From positions 496,001 to 560,000 of the forward strand of contig OZ237775.1 in assembly GCA_965178125.1 (NCBI GenBank): a stretch of 64,000 bases of DNA, read 5' to 3'. This DNA comes from Bilabrum cf. latius. Taxonomy: Eukaryota. Shown here one piece after another: positions 38,785 through 51,816 of this stretch (position 1 is its first letter; every line of letters begins with the position of its first letter). The notes beneath the pieces were generated by a model, which saw only the letters and a list, made by a program, of their open reading frames with translations, was not told the origin of the DNA and ran no database searches. Both the position numbers and the translations under genes were made by a program.

Positions 38785-41700
38785 TTACCCTAGCTTGCTT
38801 TCCTCATAGGTCCTGACGATCTAAGGGAAGTCAGCGAGCAAGTCTGCTCGTGGAAACCACTCTTCCTCCCCCTCCCCCGCGCCCTTCCAACGCACCTTGT
38901 AGAACACCTCCGGCTAGCCGCTGCCACCATGGCCAGGCACGTCCACAGCCCTCTAACCAACGATTGCCTCGATCTCATCTTCATCTTCACTCGCTGCGGC
39001 ATCTATGCCTTGGCTTGGATCCTCCTAAACGGGTGCTGGCCCAGGTTCTTGAGCTGGCACTGGTGCTGGTGCTGGTGCTGGTGCTGGTGCTGGTGCTGGT
39101 GCTGGTACTGGCGCTGGTGCTGGTGCTGGTGCTGGTGCTGGTGCTGGTGCTGGTGCTGGTGCTGGTGCTGGTGCTGGTGCTGGTGCTGGTGCTGGTGCTG
39201 GTGCTGGTGCTGGTGCTGGTGCTGGTGCTGGTGCTGGTGCTGGTGCTGGTGCTGGCGCTGGTGCTGGTGCTGGTGCTGGTGCTGGCGAAGGTGCAGCTGG
39301 TACTGGTACTGGTGCTGGTACTGGTGCTGGCGTAAGGCTGGCCATCCCGAATCCATCTCCCGTCCTTGCCTAGGCCTGGGCTCCATCAGCATCGGCATGC
39401 TAGTCTTCGCCCACATCCACGCCCGCGCCCGCCCCCGCCCCCAGGTCGCCTTCCTCCCGCGACACCTCTGCCGCGGCCGCGGCATCCACCGCGACACTGC
39501 GCCTCCACCGCTCCGCCGCCTCGTGCTCGTCCTGCCTCCTCCTCATCACGCGGTCCAGCGCACCGGGACTCGACGTGGCCTGCAGACTCGCCGCTGCGTC
39601 GCTGTCCTCCTGCTGCTGCCGCAGCACTCGCAGGCGCGCGTTCACGTCCACGAGGTACTTGAGCACGTAGCTCTGGTTGGTCAGCTCCTCCTCCCGCTGC
39701 CTGCGCTGCGCCTCGCTCTCTGCCAGCTCCAGTTTGACGCTGTGCAATGACCCGGTTTGGCCCCGCGCGTGCTCGCCCAGCGCGCGGGTGGCTGCCTCCA
39801 CGCGCCGCCCAAGCCGCGCTGCCAGCCCGCACAAGTCCTCAGCGGCAGCGGCTGAGACGTCTCGTCCCCCCTGCATCCCCCCTTGCTCCGCATGCCCACG
39901 CATCACTGGCTCCAGCACCTCCGCCAGCTGCGCTGCTAGCGCCTCTCTAGACGTCCCGGGGACACGATGAGTCTGTGCCTGTGCTCGGTGGGGCTTGCCC
40001 CCCTCTCTGCCCGTGGTTTCGTCCTCATCCTCAGGGTCCTCCAGCACAACCACGTCCTCCTACTCCTCGTCCCTCTCATCTGCACCCCCACCAGCATCTC
40101 TCCAACCACCCGACACATCGCCCCACGCTTCCCCTGCCGATGGGTCCGGCACATCCTCGGTGCCCAGCGAGGCTAGCCTCCCTTTGCGGTCGCTGCGGCG
40201 CACAACCGGCAGGTGGGGGCCAAAGCGGGCAGGCGCGGCCACGTCGTCCATGGCCGCCATGGCTGCTGCCTCCCTCCTGGACCCCGCCTCCAGACGGGCA
40301 TCCTCCGCCTGGCTCGCTGCCCACTGTGCGCGCGAGTCACCGACCGACTGCTGGCACAGCTTCAGCTGCTGGGTGGCCGCCTCGTGTGCCTCGGACAGAG
40401 CCCCCCACAGCTTCCGGATGGCAGGCAGCCACGGGCCCGGGTGCACGACCCCAGCGGCCCCGGCAAATGCCAAGCCGGTCGCCCCGCCCAAACTGGGTGG
40501 ATGCGCAGCCCCACCACTCCCCTGGCCCAATCTAGACTCCGCCGCGAGTGCTCGCCTCTCCATCACACCCAGCGCGCCAGTCACCGCCTCAGCCCGCGCC
40601 TCCGCCTCCCGTGCCCGTCTCTCTGCGGCCTCGGCGCGCGCCCGCTGCTGCCTGACTTCCTGCTCCAGCACGGCCTGCTTGCCCTCGAAGCTCGCCTGCA
40701 GGTCCGCCTGCCGTCTCAAAAAATCGCCCTCTGCCCCAGCGATGCGCATCTGAAGCCGGGCCGCCAGCGCTGCATAATCCACCTCCGCGTGCTAGACAGG
40801 GGTGGCCGCCACCCGCATGCACCTGGACGCGAAGAGCAGCGTGCTCAACGTCTCGGCATAGTCCGCGTGGCACGGGCCCACTGTAGCAATAAGGTACGTC
40901 TTGGCAGTGCCCCCCAGGTTGTCCTGCAGCAGCCGAGTCAGCTTGGAATCCCTGTAGGGCACGTGCTGAGGCCCTGCTTGCGCATGCGCGCCCCTGGCCC
41001 CCGCGCCATGCCCTCGCGCCTGTGCCCTGGATATGTCAGCCAGCGCCGCAATCACCTTGCCCAGCGCCGTGAGAGACGTGTTGATCGCCTGTGCTTCCCG
41101 CAGCCTCGCGCCCTGGCTGGTGGTCCGCCGCACGCTCTCGCTCCCGGCCAGGTCCACCATCATGAGAGTGCCGTGCAGCGCGCGGCTGTCCACGCCGCTA
41201 GCGGATGAGGTCGAGGACGAGGACGAGGACCCAGGCCGCTGTCCCTGCGCATCCGGCATGCCTCCGTCGGCCCCGACAGCCATGCGCCTGTGCACGCGAA
41301 CAGAGAGCAGTGTGTGCGACCTGGAGGATGTGTCGTTCATGGCAGTGGCTCCCATGGCTCGGTGGGCCAGCCCCCAGTTGAGCAGCTCCACCGCCTCGTC
41401 AAACGAGCGCACGCTGAACTCGTTCGCCCCTGCCACGTAGAACCCTCTCTCGGGGTCTTCTCGGATGGGCAGGTTCTGGCCCAGCACCGACCCGGCTTCC
41501 CCCGGCACCTCGCCCCTCGGACCCCCGCCCCAGGCGCCCCCCGCGAAGGACCTCCTGCCTGTGCCCCGCTGCGATCCACCTGAACTCCACGGGTCACCAT
41601 GGACACTTCTCGGAGTGGACGCTCCACTCCCCTATCCCATCGGGCCGGCTCCTCCCTGCGAGCCGCCCGTCCCCACCCACTCCGCCCTGCGACCTCCAGG

Positions 41701-42938
41701 GGGGGCGACCTGCCCGCCCGCGTCCCCGGGAAACCGGAACAAGTCCTGCACCCGCTCGCAGTAGATCTGCACGAAGCTCATGGTGACTCGCCAGCGGAAC
41801 TGCCTTGCAGTGGCGGCCGCATGTCCGAAGATGTGCGAGAGCGCCCTGGGGATGAGACCGGCTTTGTCCGAGGTCACCTTGCGCAGGATTCCCATCGTGT
41901 GCGTCTTGCCGGTGCCCGTCTGGCCGTAGCACGCAATCGAGCCGTTGTACCCTTCCAGCACACCAGCCACCACTGGTCCACCAGACTCGTCATACACCTC
42001 GGATTGGCTGGCACGGGGACCGAACACGCGGTCGAAGCGGAACCGCTTCGCGGCGCCCGCTCCCCGCGCGCTAGGCTACAGCACCAGTGCCTTGGACTCG
42101 GCCTGGTCCCCGCCTGCCCCGCCCCTCGGCTCCCCAGCCGCACCAGCGCTAGCGTCCGCCTTCACCACGATGGGGTCCTCTGGCAGCCGGCCGTATCCCC
42201 CTCCCCCCCGCCCCCGCCCCTGGCTGCGAGACCTGCCCCGGCTGCGGCTCGCGCTCCTGCCCGCCGCGGGAGCAGACCGCATGGAACGCACGCTCCCTGC
42301 GTCAGATGCGGCATCGCTTGCCCTGCCCCCGATGCTGGAGCGAGGGCCGCGCCCCCGCCTCTGCCCCCTCGGCGTCTGCGGCTGCTGCCCGTCCGCCAAC
42401 TCATCCGCGGCTCGCTGCACTCTCTCACCGTGCGCATGAATCTCATCCTCAAAGGCTGGACGGATGCGAATCGCGACACGAACGCGCTAGTCCTGCGGAA
42501 TTCAAGCCATCAACAACAGATCTAGATGTGCAACTCGTAGCAGAACGACAAGGCAAGGCATCGCGCAACTACGATCAATATTGCGTTTGACAAAAGCCCT
42601 CACGGGAGGTCTCATGGGCTCTGTAGCTGCTGAAGATGCACTAGTGACGCTCAGAGCTGGTGATGCTGCGCCTGCTCTTGCCGTCCCGAGCCTGTCACTT
42701 CGAGCGGAGCTCGTTGCTCGCCGCCCGTTGAAAGAGAGACCTCCATGGTGCTACGGCGGGATCCCGCCAGCAATTGGTGGTCTTCCAGCAGCTGATATTG
42801 GAGTTTCTCTACCGTTTGTGCGGTTCGATGGAGCAAAACCACTGCGTTGTAGCGCGAACGGGTCGTCCCTGTTGGTAGGCCTGCGGCAGGATGCAAGAGT
42901 AGACCAGTGCAGACGGTGCGAGTCACTTGTCACTCTCA
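38785..42938 (-). CDS. Kinesin motor protein with coiled coil, (Pro-Ala)n linker and C-terminal chromodomain
   Basis: Main exon 42492-38785 is a single frame through more than ten TAGs, ending in TAA. Upstream exon ends at 42604 (intron 42603-42493); start codon not resolved. Motifs VRVAIRIRP, FRFDRVF, YGQTGTGKT, SSRSH, VDLAGSE, HVPYRDSKLTRLLQDNLGG, ETLSTLLFA. Confidence 0.85.
39053..39331 (-). repeat. Hexanucleotide (CCAGCA)n microsatellite encoding a poly(Pro-Ala) linker
   Basis: About 45 copies of CTGGTG on the + strand with a few CTGGTA/CTGGCG variants; in frame with the kinesin. Confidence 0.95.
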
Positions 42939-43544
42939 CTGAAGGTATACGCTCGTGTGTTATACAATTCGTCTTACCTAGTTAGTCCATTTCGCAAATG
43001 TTGCCTGCCGGTTGGCAACTACGGCGGAGCTGCGCTTCGCCCTGACCCGACCTAAACATCAGACCAAGCGTCAGGACCTGCCATTCACCAAAGCACGCTG
43101 TCGATTACACTTCAATGCAACGATCAATAGGTCTACAGTGAACCGGCGCGTCCGAAACGTGCTGCAGATAGCTTTTGCAACATTGCTGGCGAGACGTCTG
43201 CTTGGGGCTGCGCTTGGTGTGACGAGCCCACTGTCCACTGGTCTGGTGGCACGTCTGCAGCATGCAGCAGCAGCATGCAGCAGCTTACCTGCATGCATCC
43301 GGATTCATAGCTCAGTGTGTGGTAGGTGTGCTCGCACCGCACGTCACATCCCGTATGTCTGCGCATCTTGCAATGTCATACCACAGAGGTGAACGTTCAA
43401 CTGAACTTGTGCCGCTTGCCCTAAATCCTGCGTGAATCTCCGCCGCCCTGGTCTACCCCAGGATTCAATTCTCCATATTGTGCCTATTCAATTCGCAACT
43501 GCACTGATCCAGACCTACCCCCAGCCCTACTTTCAGCTCCCACT

Positions 43545-45206
43545 TCACCGCAGGTCTGCGATCATGGTGGTGGGGTTCTCCAAGTAGCTCGCCCACAGGT
43601 TGCTGAACCTTGCCATGGTAGCCCCGTCCACCACACGATGGTCCGCAGACCAGCTCACGCGCATCACGTGGCACGCTGCCATCACCTCCTCGCTGCTCTG
43701 CCCGACAGCTGCCCCATCCACTGCCCCGAAAGGACTCCCCAGCCCAGCCACCTGCAAGCCAAGCCTCTGCGCCCTAGCTCGCGGCATCACCCGCGGCACC
43801 TTTTGCATGCGCCCCAGCGCCCCAATGGCCACCTGAGGCACCACCAGCACGGGGGACGCGTACGTGCCCCCAATGGCCCCGATGTTGCTCAGCGAAAAAG
43901 TGCCCCCCTTCAGGTCTTCCTCGCCGAGCTTGCCCGCTGCTGCAAGCACCTGCAGCCTTCCCAGCTCCTCGGCAATGGACAGTACCGACCTGTCCTGGCA
44001 GTCTTTCACGTTGGGCACGATCAATCCGCGAGGAGTATCCATCGCCACGCCGATGTGGTGCGCCCCCTTGATCGTGACGCTGCTGCCGTCCGCCGCCGCC
44101 CACGCATTGAGAGAGGGGTGCTGCTTGAGGGCCAGCGAGGTGGCCTTGAGGATGAAGGGCAGGTACGACAGCTTGATGGACCGGTCGGCCGCCAGCGGCT
44201 TCATCTCGGCTCGTAGCTGGCCCAGTGCATCCAACCCGACCTCGTCGCTGTAACCGAAATGCGGCACGGCCCACGCCGCATCCATGGACCGCACCATAGC
44301 CCGTTGCAGGCCCCGCACAGGCACCTCCTGGTCGGGGGCCGCCGAGGAACCGTGCACAGGAACTGCCTGCAGTGGCACTTCCGGGCCCCCGGCTTGGGAC
44401 GCTGCGGGGGTGGAACTCGATGTGGCTGGCGCGGGGGCCGCAGCAGCCGGCTGTGGTGGCTGGGCCGGCGCACCCCCGCTCTGGATGAATGCGAGGACGT
44501 CCGACTTGAGGATGCGACCCGCCTTGCCCGTGCCAGACACGTCCGCCAGCTGCACGCCGTGCTCGCGAGCTACTCTGCGAACCGCAGGTGTGGCCAATGG
44601 CTTCCCATCGGGCCCACTGAGGCTGGTTGGTCCGGGTCCAGCTGCCGTCTCGACCTCGGGGACCGTCACCGACGGGGTCGCAGCTGGCTCGTCAGCTTCA
44701 GTTGCCGCTTCATCCGTCGGACCATCTCCTTCCTGCTCGATATCCATTAGAACTGACCCGGTTGGTGCAACGTCACCAGCCTTGAAGTGCACCTTCTTCA
44801 CGATACCGCTGTATCTAGAGGTAATCTCAACTGTGGCCTGCGCAAGATCTCAGGGCAATCAGTCGGAACGCAACTTCGTCGTGCAGACACCATCGAGCTG
44901 CTGTAAGATGTCATATCTATAGACTCCGTAAATGTTTCTCACCTTGTCACTTTGCACCTCCATAACGTTGTCAAACTCTTCGACCGTATCCCCCTCAGAC
45001 ACAAAAACCTACATTACCTCAACTTCGGCAATTCCTTCCCCGATGTCAGATAGAACAAAAGGTACAATTTTACCTTTACGGGCAGTGCTGGCGTGAATGC
45101 TTCGAAATAGGCCGCTTGAGGGCCACGATTCGATACCCTGCGCAACAGCAAGTGTACCCGGGCGTACAGTAGCAACACGGGATCTGGCCAACCCGTGTAA
45201 ATTCAT
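43545..45206 (-). CDS. DBT: Branched-chain alpha-keto acid dehydrogenase E2 (dihydrolipoyl transacylase)
   Basis: Exons 45206-44943 and 44837-43545. Lipoyl domain LSDIGEGIAEVEVM*VFVSEGD...EVQSDK|ATVEITSRY; E3-binding domain ATPAVRRVAREHG...GTGKAGRILKSD; catalytic WSADHRVVDGA. Stop TGA. Confidence 0.94.
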
Positions 45207-45399
45207 CCTAGCAGCCCTATGAAAAATATAAGCATAATTTTTCGGGTGCCTGACAACACGCTGCATGAGGAATTCGAAAGGATAGTTCAACCGCAACCTG
45301 CTGCGTGGCAACATTAAATCGTATTTTCCACGGCAGTAGTGCACGTTATTGTAGTTCACTGCACAGGTGGCAGCAGTATACTTGCGAACTCTCTGCAGT

Positions 45400-47168
45400 A
45401 TGCGTGCACTCAGAAGAGTAAAGCGGCTTCAAAGATGCACGATAGCATAGTCTTGTATCTCAAACCACTCGAATAGCCTGGTGTTCGCGATGCAACAGAG
45501 CGTGATTGGGAGGGGAGACGCGCAGCACCCGTGTAGGTGCAAGTGCCTCACTGGTGGCGACAGCAGGAAAGGATTCCACACGTCAGTGCATTCCATGGAA
45601 AATAAACGTGATTATTATGATGTCTTGGGGGTATCCCGGTCTGCTGATAAAGCAGACATCAAGAAAGCGTACTACAAGCTTGCAAAGAAGCTGCATCCAG
45701 ACGCAAACAAGGATGACCCCAAAGCAAGCGAAAAATTCTCAGAGGTGCAGAACGCTTACGACACGCTGAGTGACTAGAAGAAGAGGCAGATGTACGACAA
45801 CTTCGGGCACGACGCAGAGCAAATGGGAGACATGGGAGGGATGGGCGGGTTTCCGGGGGGTATGGGCGGCATGGGCGGCATGGGCGGTGGTAAGTTTACA
45901 GCTGGCCGCAATTATAAATGAAACAAGCCATCTCTCCGTATTGCTAGTGTCTTTGTGTGGCCATTTCTGATCTTATCGCAGGAATTGATCCCGAAGAAAT
46001 CTTGAAAGAGTTCTTTGGCGGCGGCATGGGGGGCGGCCAACAGAGCAGGTCTCGCCGCGCGGGAGCCGCGGGCCAGGCCAGACGCGGAGATGACGTGCAG
46101 GCAAGTCTGACCCTCGACTTCATGGAGGCCGTTGAGGGGTGCAAACGGGACGTCAGCGTGCAGGTGCAGGACACGTGCAACTCATGCAGCGGCACTGGCA
46201 GTGCCTCCAAGTCGGCTCCATCTGTGTGCCCTGCATGCAACGGAACGGGCGAGGTGCACATGTCGAACGGGTTCTTGGAGGTGCGCACCACATGCACCCG
46301 ATGTTCGGGGGCCGGCCGCACCATCCGAGACCCGTGCACGCAGTGCGGGGGCCGTGGCACGGCGCGCAAGCGGAAGACAGTCGAAGTGTCTGTGCCTCCT
46401 GGCGTGGACAACGGTATCACCATGCGGTTGGCAGGCCAGGGAGACAGCGGGCAGCACGGAGCTCCATCGGGCCATCTATATGTAAGCATCCGTGTCCGCG
46501 AGGACTCTCGATTCGAGCGAGACGGATCGGACGTCCACGTGCGGGCCAGCGTTCCACTGGCCGCTGCCGTCCTGGGAGGGACGGTGACTGTCCCCACGGT
46601 GGGGGGCGAGGTGGAGCTCAAGGTGCCCCCTGGGTCACAGCCCAGCGACAAGCTGCTCATGCGTGGGAGGGGTATCCGCAAGCTGAACGGGTCGAGCCGA
46701 GGGGACCAGTACGTGCACCTGAGGCTCAAGGTACCCAGTCCCTCTGAACTGAGCGAGCGGCAGATCAAGGGACTGCGCATGTTTGCGGGGCTAGATCTGG
46801 ATGAAGAGGGCTCTAGCTCCTCGGAGAGTGGCGGTGACAGTGACAGCGAATCTGCTGGGGGGTCACAGGGAGAGGGAGAGGGAGGGGAGGAGGGCAAGAA
46901 GAGGGGTAGGTCCAGGAAGGGCAGGCAAGCCAAGCGGGCCCAATCGGCCAGCAGTACGGAGACATCTGCCGCGAAGGGCAAAAAAGAAGATGCGAAGGAG
47001 GAGGAAGGTGGCGGCGGGCTGCTGGGGGAGGCGCTTAAGAGGCTGCGGACGGCGGTGGGAGGTTCCCCCACCGGCAGCGCGGGATGCGAGAAGGACAAAA
47101 AGGCGGACGACGGCGGAAAAGAGAACGGGGCAAGCGAGCCGAAGGAAGGTGAATAGATGCGAGTGTGA
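45400..47168 (+). CDS. Type I DnaJ chaperone, mitochondrial (Mdj1/DNAJA3-like)
   Basis: Exons 45400-45889 and 45982-47168. Basic transit-like N-terminus; J domain DYYDVLGV...HPD...LSD*KKR; four CxxCxGxG zinc motifs; C-terminal domain. TAG at 45448, 45775 and 47154; TGA 47166. Confidence 0.9.
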
Positions 47169-47589
47169 CTGGAGTCGATGCACAGAACAAGTCTGCTGGC
47201 CAACGCAATTGTATTATTGTTACATACTTTAGCCCTGACTTCAGATCTGGAGGGCCTCCGTCGCAATCACCAGATGCAGCACTACTAGGTAGTACCCGAG
47301 CGGGCTGACCATGGTGCTTGTGAAACGCAACTCGAGAACGGGGTGTTCAAAGCGCGGATTTCGCATGCCCCGTTCCTTGCATCTTCGCCGTGTCTGGCTG
47401 TCACCACTGTACCTATTTTGCATGATCATGGAGGTAGAAGCTTTCAACTGCCTTGCCTGCCAACGCACGAAGTGGTGGTGGTGGTGGTGGTGGATATCTT
47501 GCTGCACTGCACTGTACTCATCCGAAACAGTGCAACCCATGCAGGATCGCAGGGACGTCTATCGGCGTGGTCCTGGTGCGTTGTTAACA

Positions 47590-50500
47590 ATGAGCAGTTC
47601 AATCGTTGAGTAGAATGCGCCGCTGCGCGACAGCGTTCTCTGGTAGCTTTAGAATCTGTTTTACGACAAGGAGAGCGTGAAAGCTTGGAGCGATGCAATT
47701 GTACCAAACTTTGTCACCTCAAATGCGTTCATCGCAAGTTGCTATGCCAAGCTCATCCTCGGCTACGTGCGTGAATGGCACGGCAGGTGAGATTGCACTT
47801 GAAGAGGCAGACGATTCTGTTGCTGTTTTGCAATCCACATCTTTCCGACTAGGTTGCCACCAAATGCGCTTCAAGTTTCCAAGTTTCCCCATAATTCTTC
47901 TGCCATTTGCGTAGCACTGGAGATGGGTCTGGTCGTGGCCCTGTATACATTGTTGAGGTCGGTACGGGGCATGGAAGACTGACGTACCATGTCTTGCGGC
48001 ACCTAGTCTCTATGCGGGATGCGTGGCCTACCCCAGCCCCCATGGCGGAGGAAGTAGGGACTAGTACCTCTACGAAATACAAATCATCGTAGCCTCCGTT
48101 CCTTTGGGTGTCAACAGACTTCAGCTCTTCGAACATTCGGTTTCTCCGACAACACGAGCCTCTGCGACCGCTTGTGGAAGCTGGGCTGCTTGATTTCGCC
48201 ATTTTTGGTAAGCACCTCATGATTTATGCGTGCAGCAAGTGTGGTACTCTATCACCCGCTCTATCTCGCCAAGTGCCCGTACCGCAACGCAGACGCCGAG
48301 CAGGATGCGACCCTGCACTTGCAAGAGAGCGGCAAGCGAATTACCAGCCGAACAGTGCGGCAGCAAGACGGTGCTGTGATTGGCATCGCAAATTATGTCG
48401 TAGATACGCTTCGGTAGGACGCCCTGCGATTCGAGGGCGGCCGTCTCCACCAGGCCAAGCTCTCCCTGGTGCTGCGGCCCATGGGGCCCGACGACGTGCA
48501 CGCCCTGGCGCTCGATAAGCGCAGGGAAATTGAGAGATCTGGTGCTGTGGATGCTGACGGGCGCCCCCTGTCCGAGCAGGATGCTCTGCATGCCGCCAGG
48601 AGGGACCCTCGGGCATGTGCCCCGCCCCCCTACCCGCTGGCCCCGGGCGGCTGGCACCCCAGCGTGATCCGGAGACTGCAGCACCACTGGTCCTTCGATC
48701 CTATCGACGAGGACGAGCTGGCGGGACAGTTGGCAGAGCACACCGCGGGGGCAGCCGCCGGGGTCCCCATGCCCTCCCAGCTGCAGCTCCAGCGGGCCAG
48801 TGCTCCGGGCCCGCACTCCCTGCCTGCGCCCATACCGGAGACAGGCCCGAGCACGGGAGGGGCCGATGATCCGCAGGCGCACCACGGGATGGAGGCGGGG
48901 TGGGCGAGTTCTGCGCCAGAGGTCAGGACCCGAGCGGCCCTCCGGCTGCTTGGGCGGGAGGGCCCCGCGGCTCTGGTCATGCGGGAGTACTGCGCGCTGG
49001 CGGGGGGCACCAGGGCGCGTGCTGCCCGACTGGAGGCGCAACGGGCAAGGGAGGCAGCTGGAGCGAGTACAGTAGAGGTCGTGGCTGGGTCAAGTGGTCC
49101 AGAGTCGCCCGAGGACGGCGCAACTGGCGTTCAACCACACCCAGCGGACCGTGCCGCGGGAGAGACTGGCGCAGAGGCCGAGGCCAGGCGGCTGGAGCTG
49201 CTGGCGGCAGAAGCAGAGCGAGAGGCTGCCGCGCTGAGCACATCCAGTCCCATGCTGCCGGTGGGGGGGCTGTGCATGGCTTCGCGACTGCTGGCGCTGG
49301 GCAGCGGACGGCTCATGCTTTTGTGCGGGGACAAAGCATTCTCGGAGGCAGAGGAGATGTGCGGCAGAGCGCTGCCACACGTGGCCACGCACGGTTCGTT
49401 CTCGTTCATGGCGAACTTCCACGCGCTGCGGCTATGGGCCGAGGCCCTGGGCGGCACCTCTTTGCGAACCGAGTACGAGGACGGGTTCAAGTGCGCTGCC
49501 TTTGTTGTTTCCGTGGGCGATCCCAGGCCGCAAGAAGTGAAGCCAACGGGGGTAGACGCGGATTCGGAGACGAAAGGTACCGAGTCTAAAGCAGTGAGGA
49601 CAATGGATGCCGTAGGGGGCGTGCTGGGACTGGATGGAGCCATGGGGCCCGCGGGAGCGGGAGGAGCCGATGCGCCGGACACGAAGGGCGTGCCACCGCG
49701 AGGTGTCCTTTCGAGCGCTGCAAGCGGGATTGCGAGGAGCCACGCCCCCCAAGTGATGCACGCGTGGGACGAGAGCATGCGCACGTTCGGCCCAGAGCAA
49801 TTCTCGGCCATGCAGCGGCTGCTCCGGGACAACGTGAGGCAGCCCGAGGCAGGCATCCTGGTGCCGCTGCTGAGACTGGCCCGGCACGACCCGGACGTGT
49901 TCTTCAAGTTCCGATAGGATTTCATCCAGAGGATCCCGTTCGCCTCGGAGGCAGCCAAGGAGGACGCCTGGCGGGACGCTCAGACCGCCCTGGCGCAGTG
50001 CTACCCGCTGCAGAGCTTCAAGGACGGTGTCTTTGAGCTGGGCCGCGTGCTCATGGGTCTGCGCAGATACCAGGCGGCGCTGCGTTGCTTCCTCGAGTCC
50101 ATGCGGCACTGGGGGGAGCACCACGTGTCCTGGTTCAACTGCGGCATCTGCCACGTGTTTGCGGGCGACCAGGGGTCGGCGATATGCTGCTTCGACAGGG
50201 CCGTGGAGCTGTACCCCCAGTATGATGATGCGCTTGCTTGGAGGCGCCGCGCCGTGGAGCGTGCTCGCAAGCAGGACGATGCTCTCGCGGCAGGGGGTGT
50301 GCCATGTAGAGCCGTGTCCAACCTTGTGCGGAGACCCAAGACGCGCAGCGCAGGCGCATTAAGTCCCGCCGATGATCCGTGCAGCGCCGTTGGAGCTGCC
50401 TGTCCGGCGGAACTGCTGCCAGTCTCGCTTGGTCTGGCTGGCGTGTGGCCAGCTGCGTCCACCACCGTGGATGCAGTGCGCTCCGGCGTGCTTCCAGTGT

Positions 50501-51687
50501 CGGCTGCCTCGAGCCGCGGGTCTTCGCACATTCGCGGCCCGGCAGCCTCTGCTGACGGTGAATCGAGCAGCGAACACGAGGACGGGGTGGGCGGGGATGG
50601 CCTTATGGGCCCGTCGAGCATCGGTGCGCGGATCGGCAGCACTGGTCGAAGCGGGCGCGGCTTCGTCCCAGAAGGCAGCCTCCCTCGCGAGTGGCGCCCG
50701 CAGCCCGGCGAGCTGTGCACGGTCGTCGTGTCTATCTCCATCCCGTAGGCAGCTGCAGCAGCGCCCGCGTCCGACGAGTCACCCCTCCCGTCGACACCCA
50801 GCACGGAAGCAGCCAATGAGTCCACTGGCATGAATGGGTCCTGGGCAAAATGGGACCCTTTCGGCGGGGTGCAAGTGGCAGTGGGGGGTGCAGAGGGTGG
50901 TGATAGGAAACCAGTGCACCACCGCCATCGCGCATGCTTGCTTGAGCATGTACCTCTGCTGGGCCTCCTGGACCCGGCAGCCAGGACCAGCGGGCTGTCA
51001 GGCACTGCCTCGCGCGCCAAGGACCCTCCCGGTCTGTTTGAGAGGGTCCCAGCGGCTCAGCTGGAGGGCACTGGGGGGGTGTGGGGCAATTCTCTCTCGT
51101 GCGACAGCTTCATCAGCGTTGTGGTGCGCGTGCCCAGGCAGCACTCGGTGCGGCATGCAATTGCAGCTGCGCTGTGCAGGCCGATCGTGGCTCAGTTCGC
51201 GCTGGCTGGAGGTTTCAGCGGGCTGCCGCAAGACGCAGACATAGCCCCTGGGGTCGACGACTGGGGGTGTGGGTCGGCGCCCGCCTCCGCGCCTAAGTCG
51301 GTAGGGGACGGGCTGTAGCAGAGCTTGCTTGGGATGCTCGACTAGCACGGGCGCGTGTCTGCAGACTCCGCCGCGTCTCTCGCGGGCAGGTCCTCTGTGC
51401 ACCTGTGGGATGGGTGTCTGCTGCGGTCAGACGGCAGCGGGACCCCTCTGGAGGTTGGTCTGCCGCTCGTTGAGGTGACGCGGTTGTGGCGGCGTAGGCC
51501 TGGGGGGCCCCGGATTGGGCACGCCGGCGGGCTGGGTGCCCTGGACCACGGGTGCATCGTGACCAAGAGCGGCCAGGTGGGGGCGCGGGCTATGGGGGAA
51601 GCGGAGGCCGGCGGCATCAGCGATGATCAGATGGAGGGCCCGGGGCACCCTCTGGTGTGTCCCGTGCTGCGGGTGACTCTGGCTTGA
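47590..51687 (+). CDS. SAM-dependent methyltransferase (MidA/NDUFAF7-like fold) fused to TPR repeats
   Basis: Exons 47590-47786, 47915-48207, 48293-51687. Motifs LW*L*..FY....AW...VPNFVTSNAFIA, VYIVEVGTGHGRL, LDFAIF|DAE, IANYVVDTLR*D, HGSFSFMANFHA, TPR-like helices at ~50030-50270. Stop TGA. Confidence 0.78.
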
Positions 51688-51816
51688 GCCAAGTGCGGGC
51701 CGTCCACAAAGGTTAGCTGGCCTGGCTAGCCGGTGGCCTGTCATACTATACGCGCTAGATCTCCCGATCCTTTTGGATTACCAATAAACTCTGCAACAGA
51801 AAGTCCCCTCCCAGAT

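Noticed and set aside
38850-39750. Poly-WC, poly-LV or poly-HQ proteins in the ORF track
   Set aside because: Alternative-frame readings of the CCAGCA microsatellite; the Pro-Ala frame is the one continuous with the kinesin.
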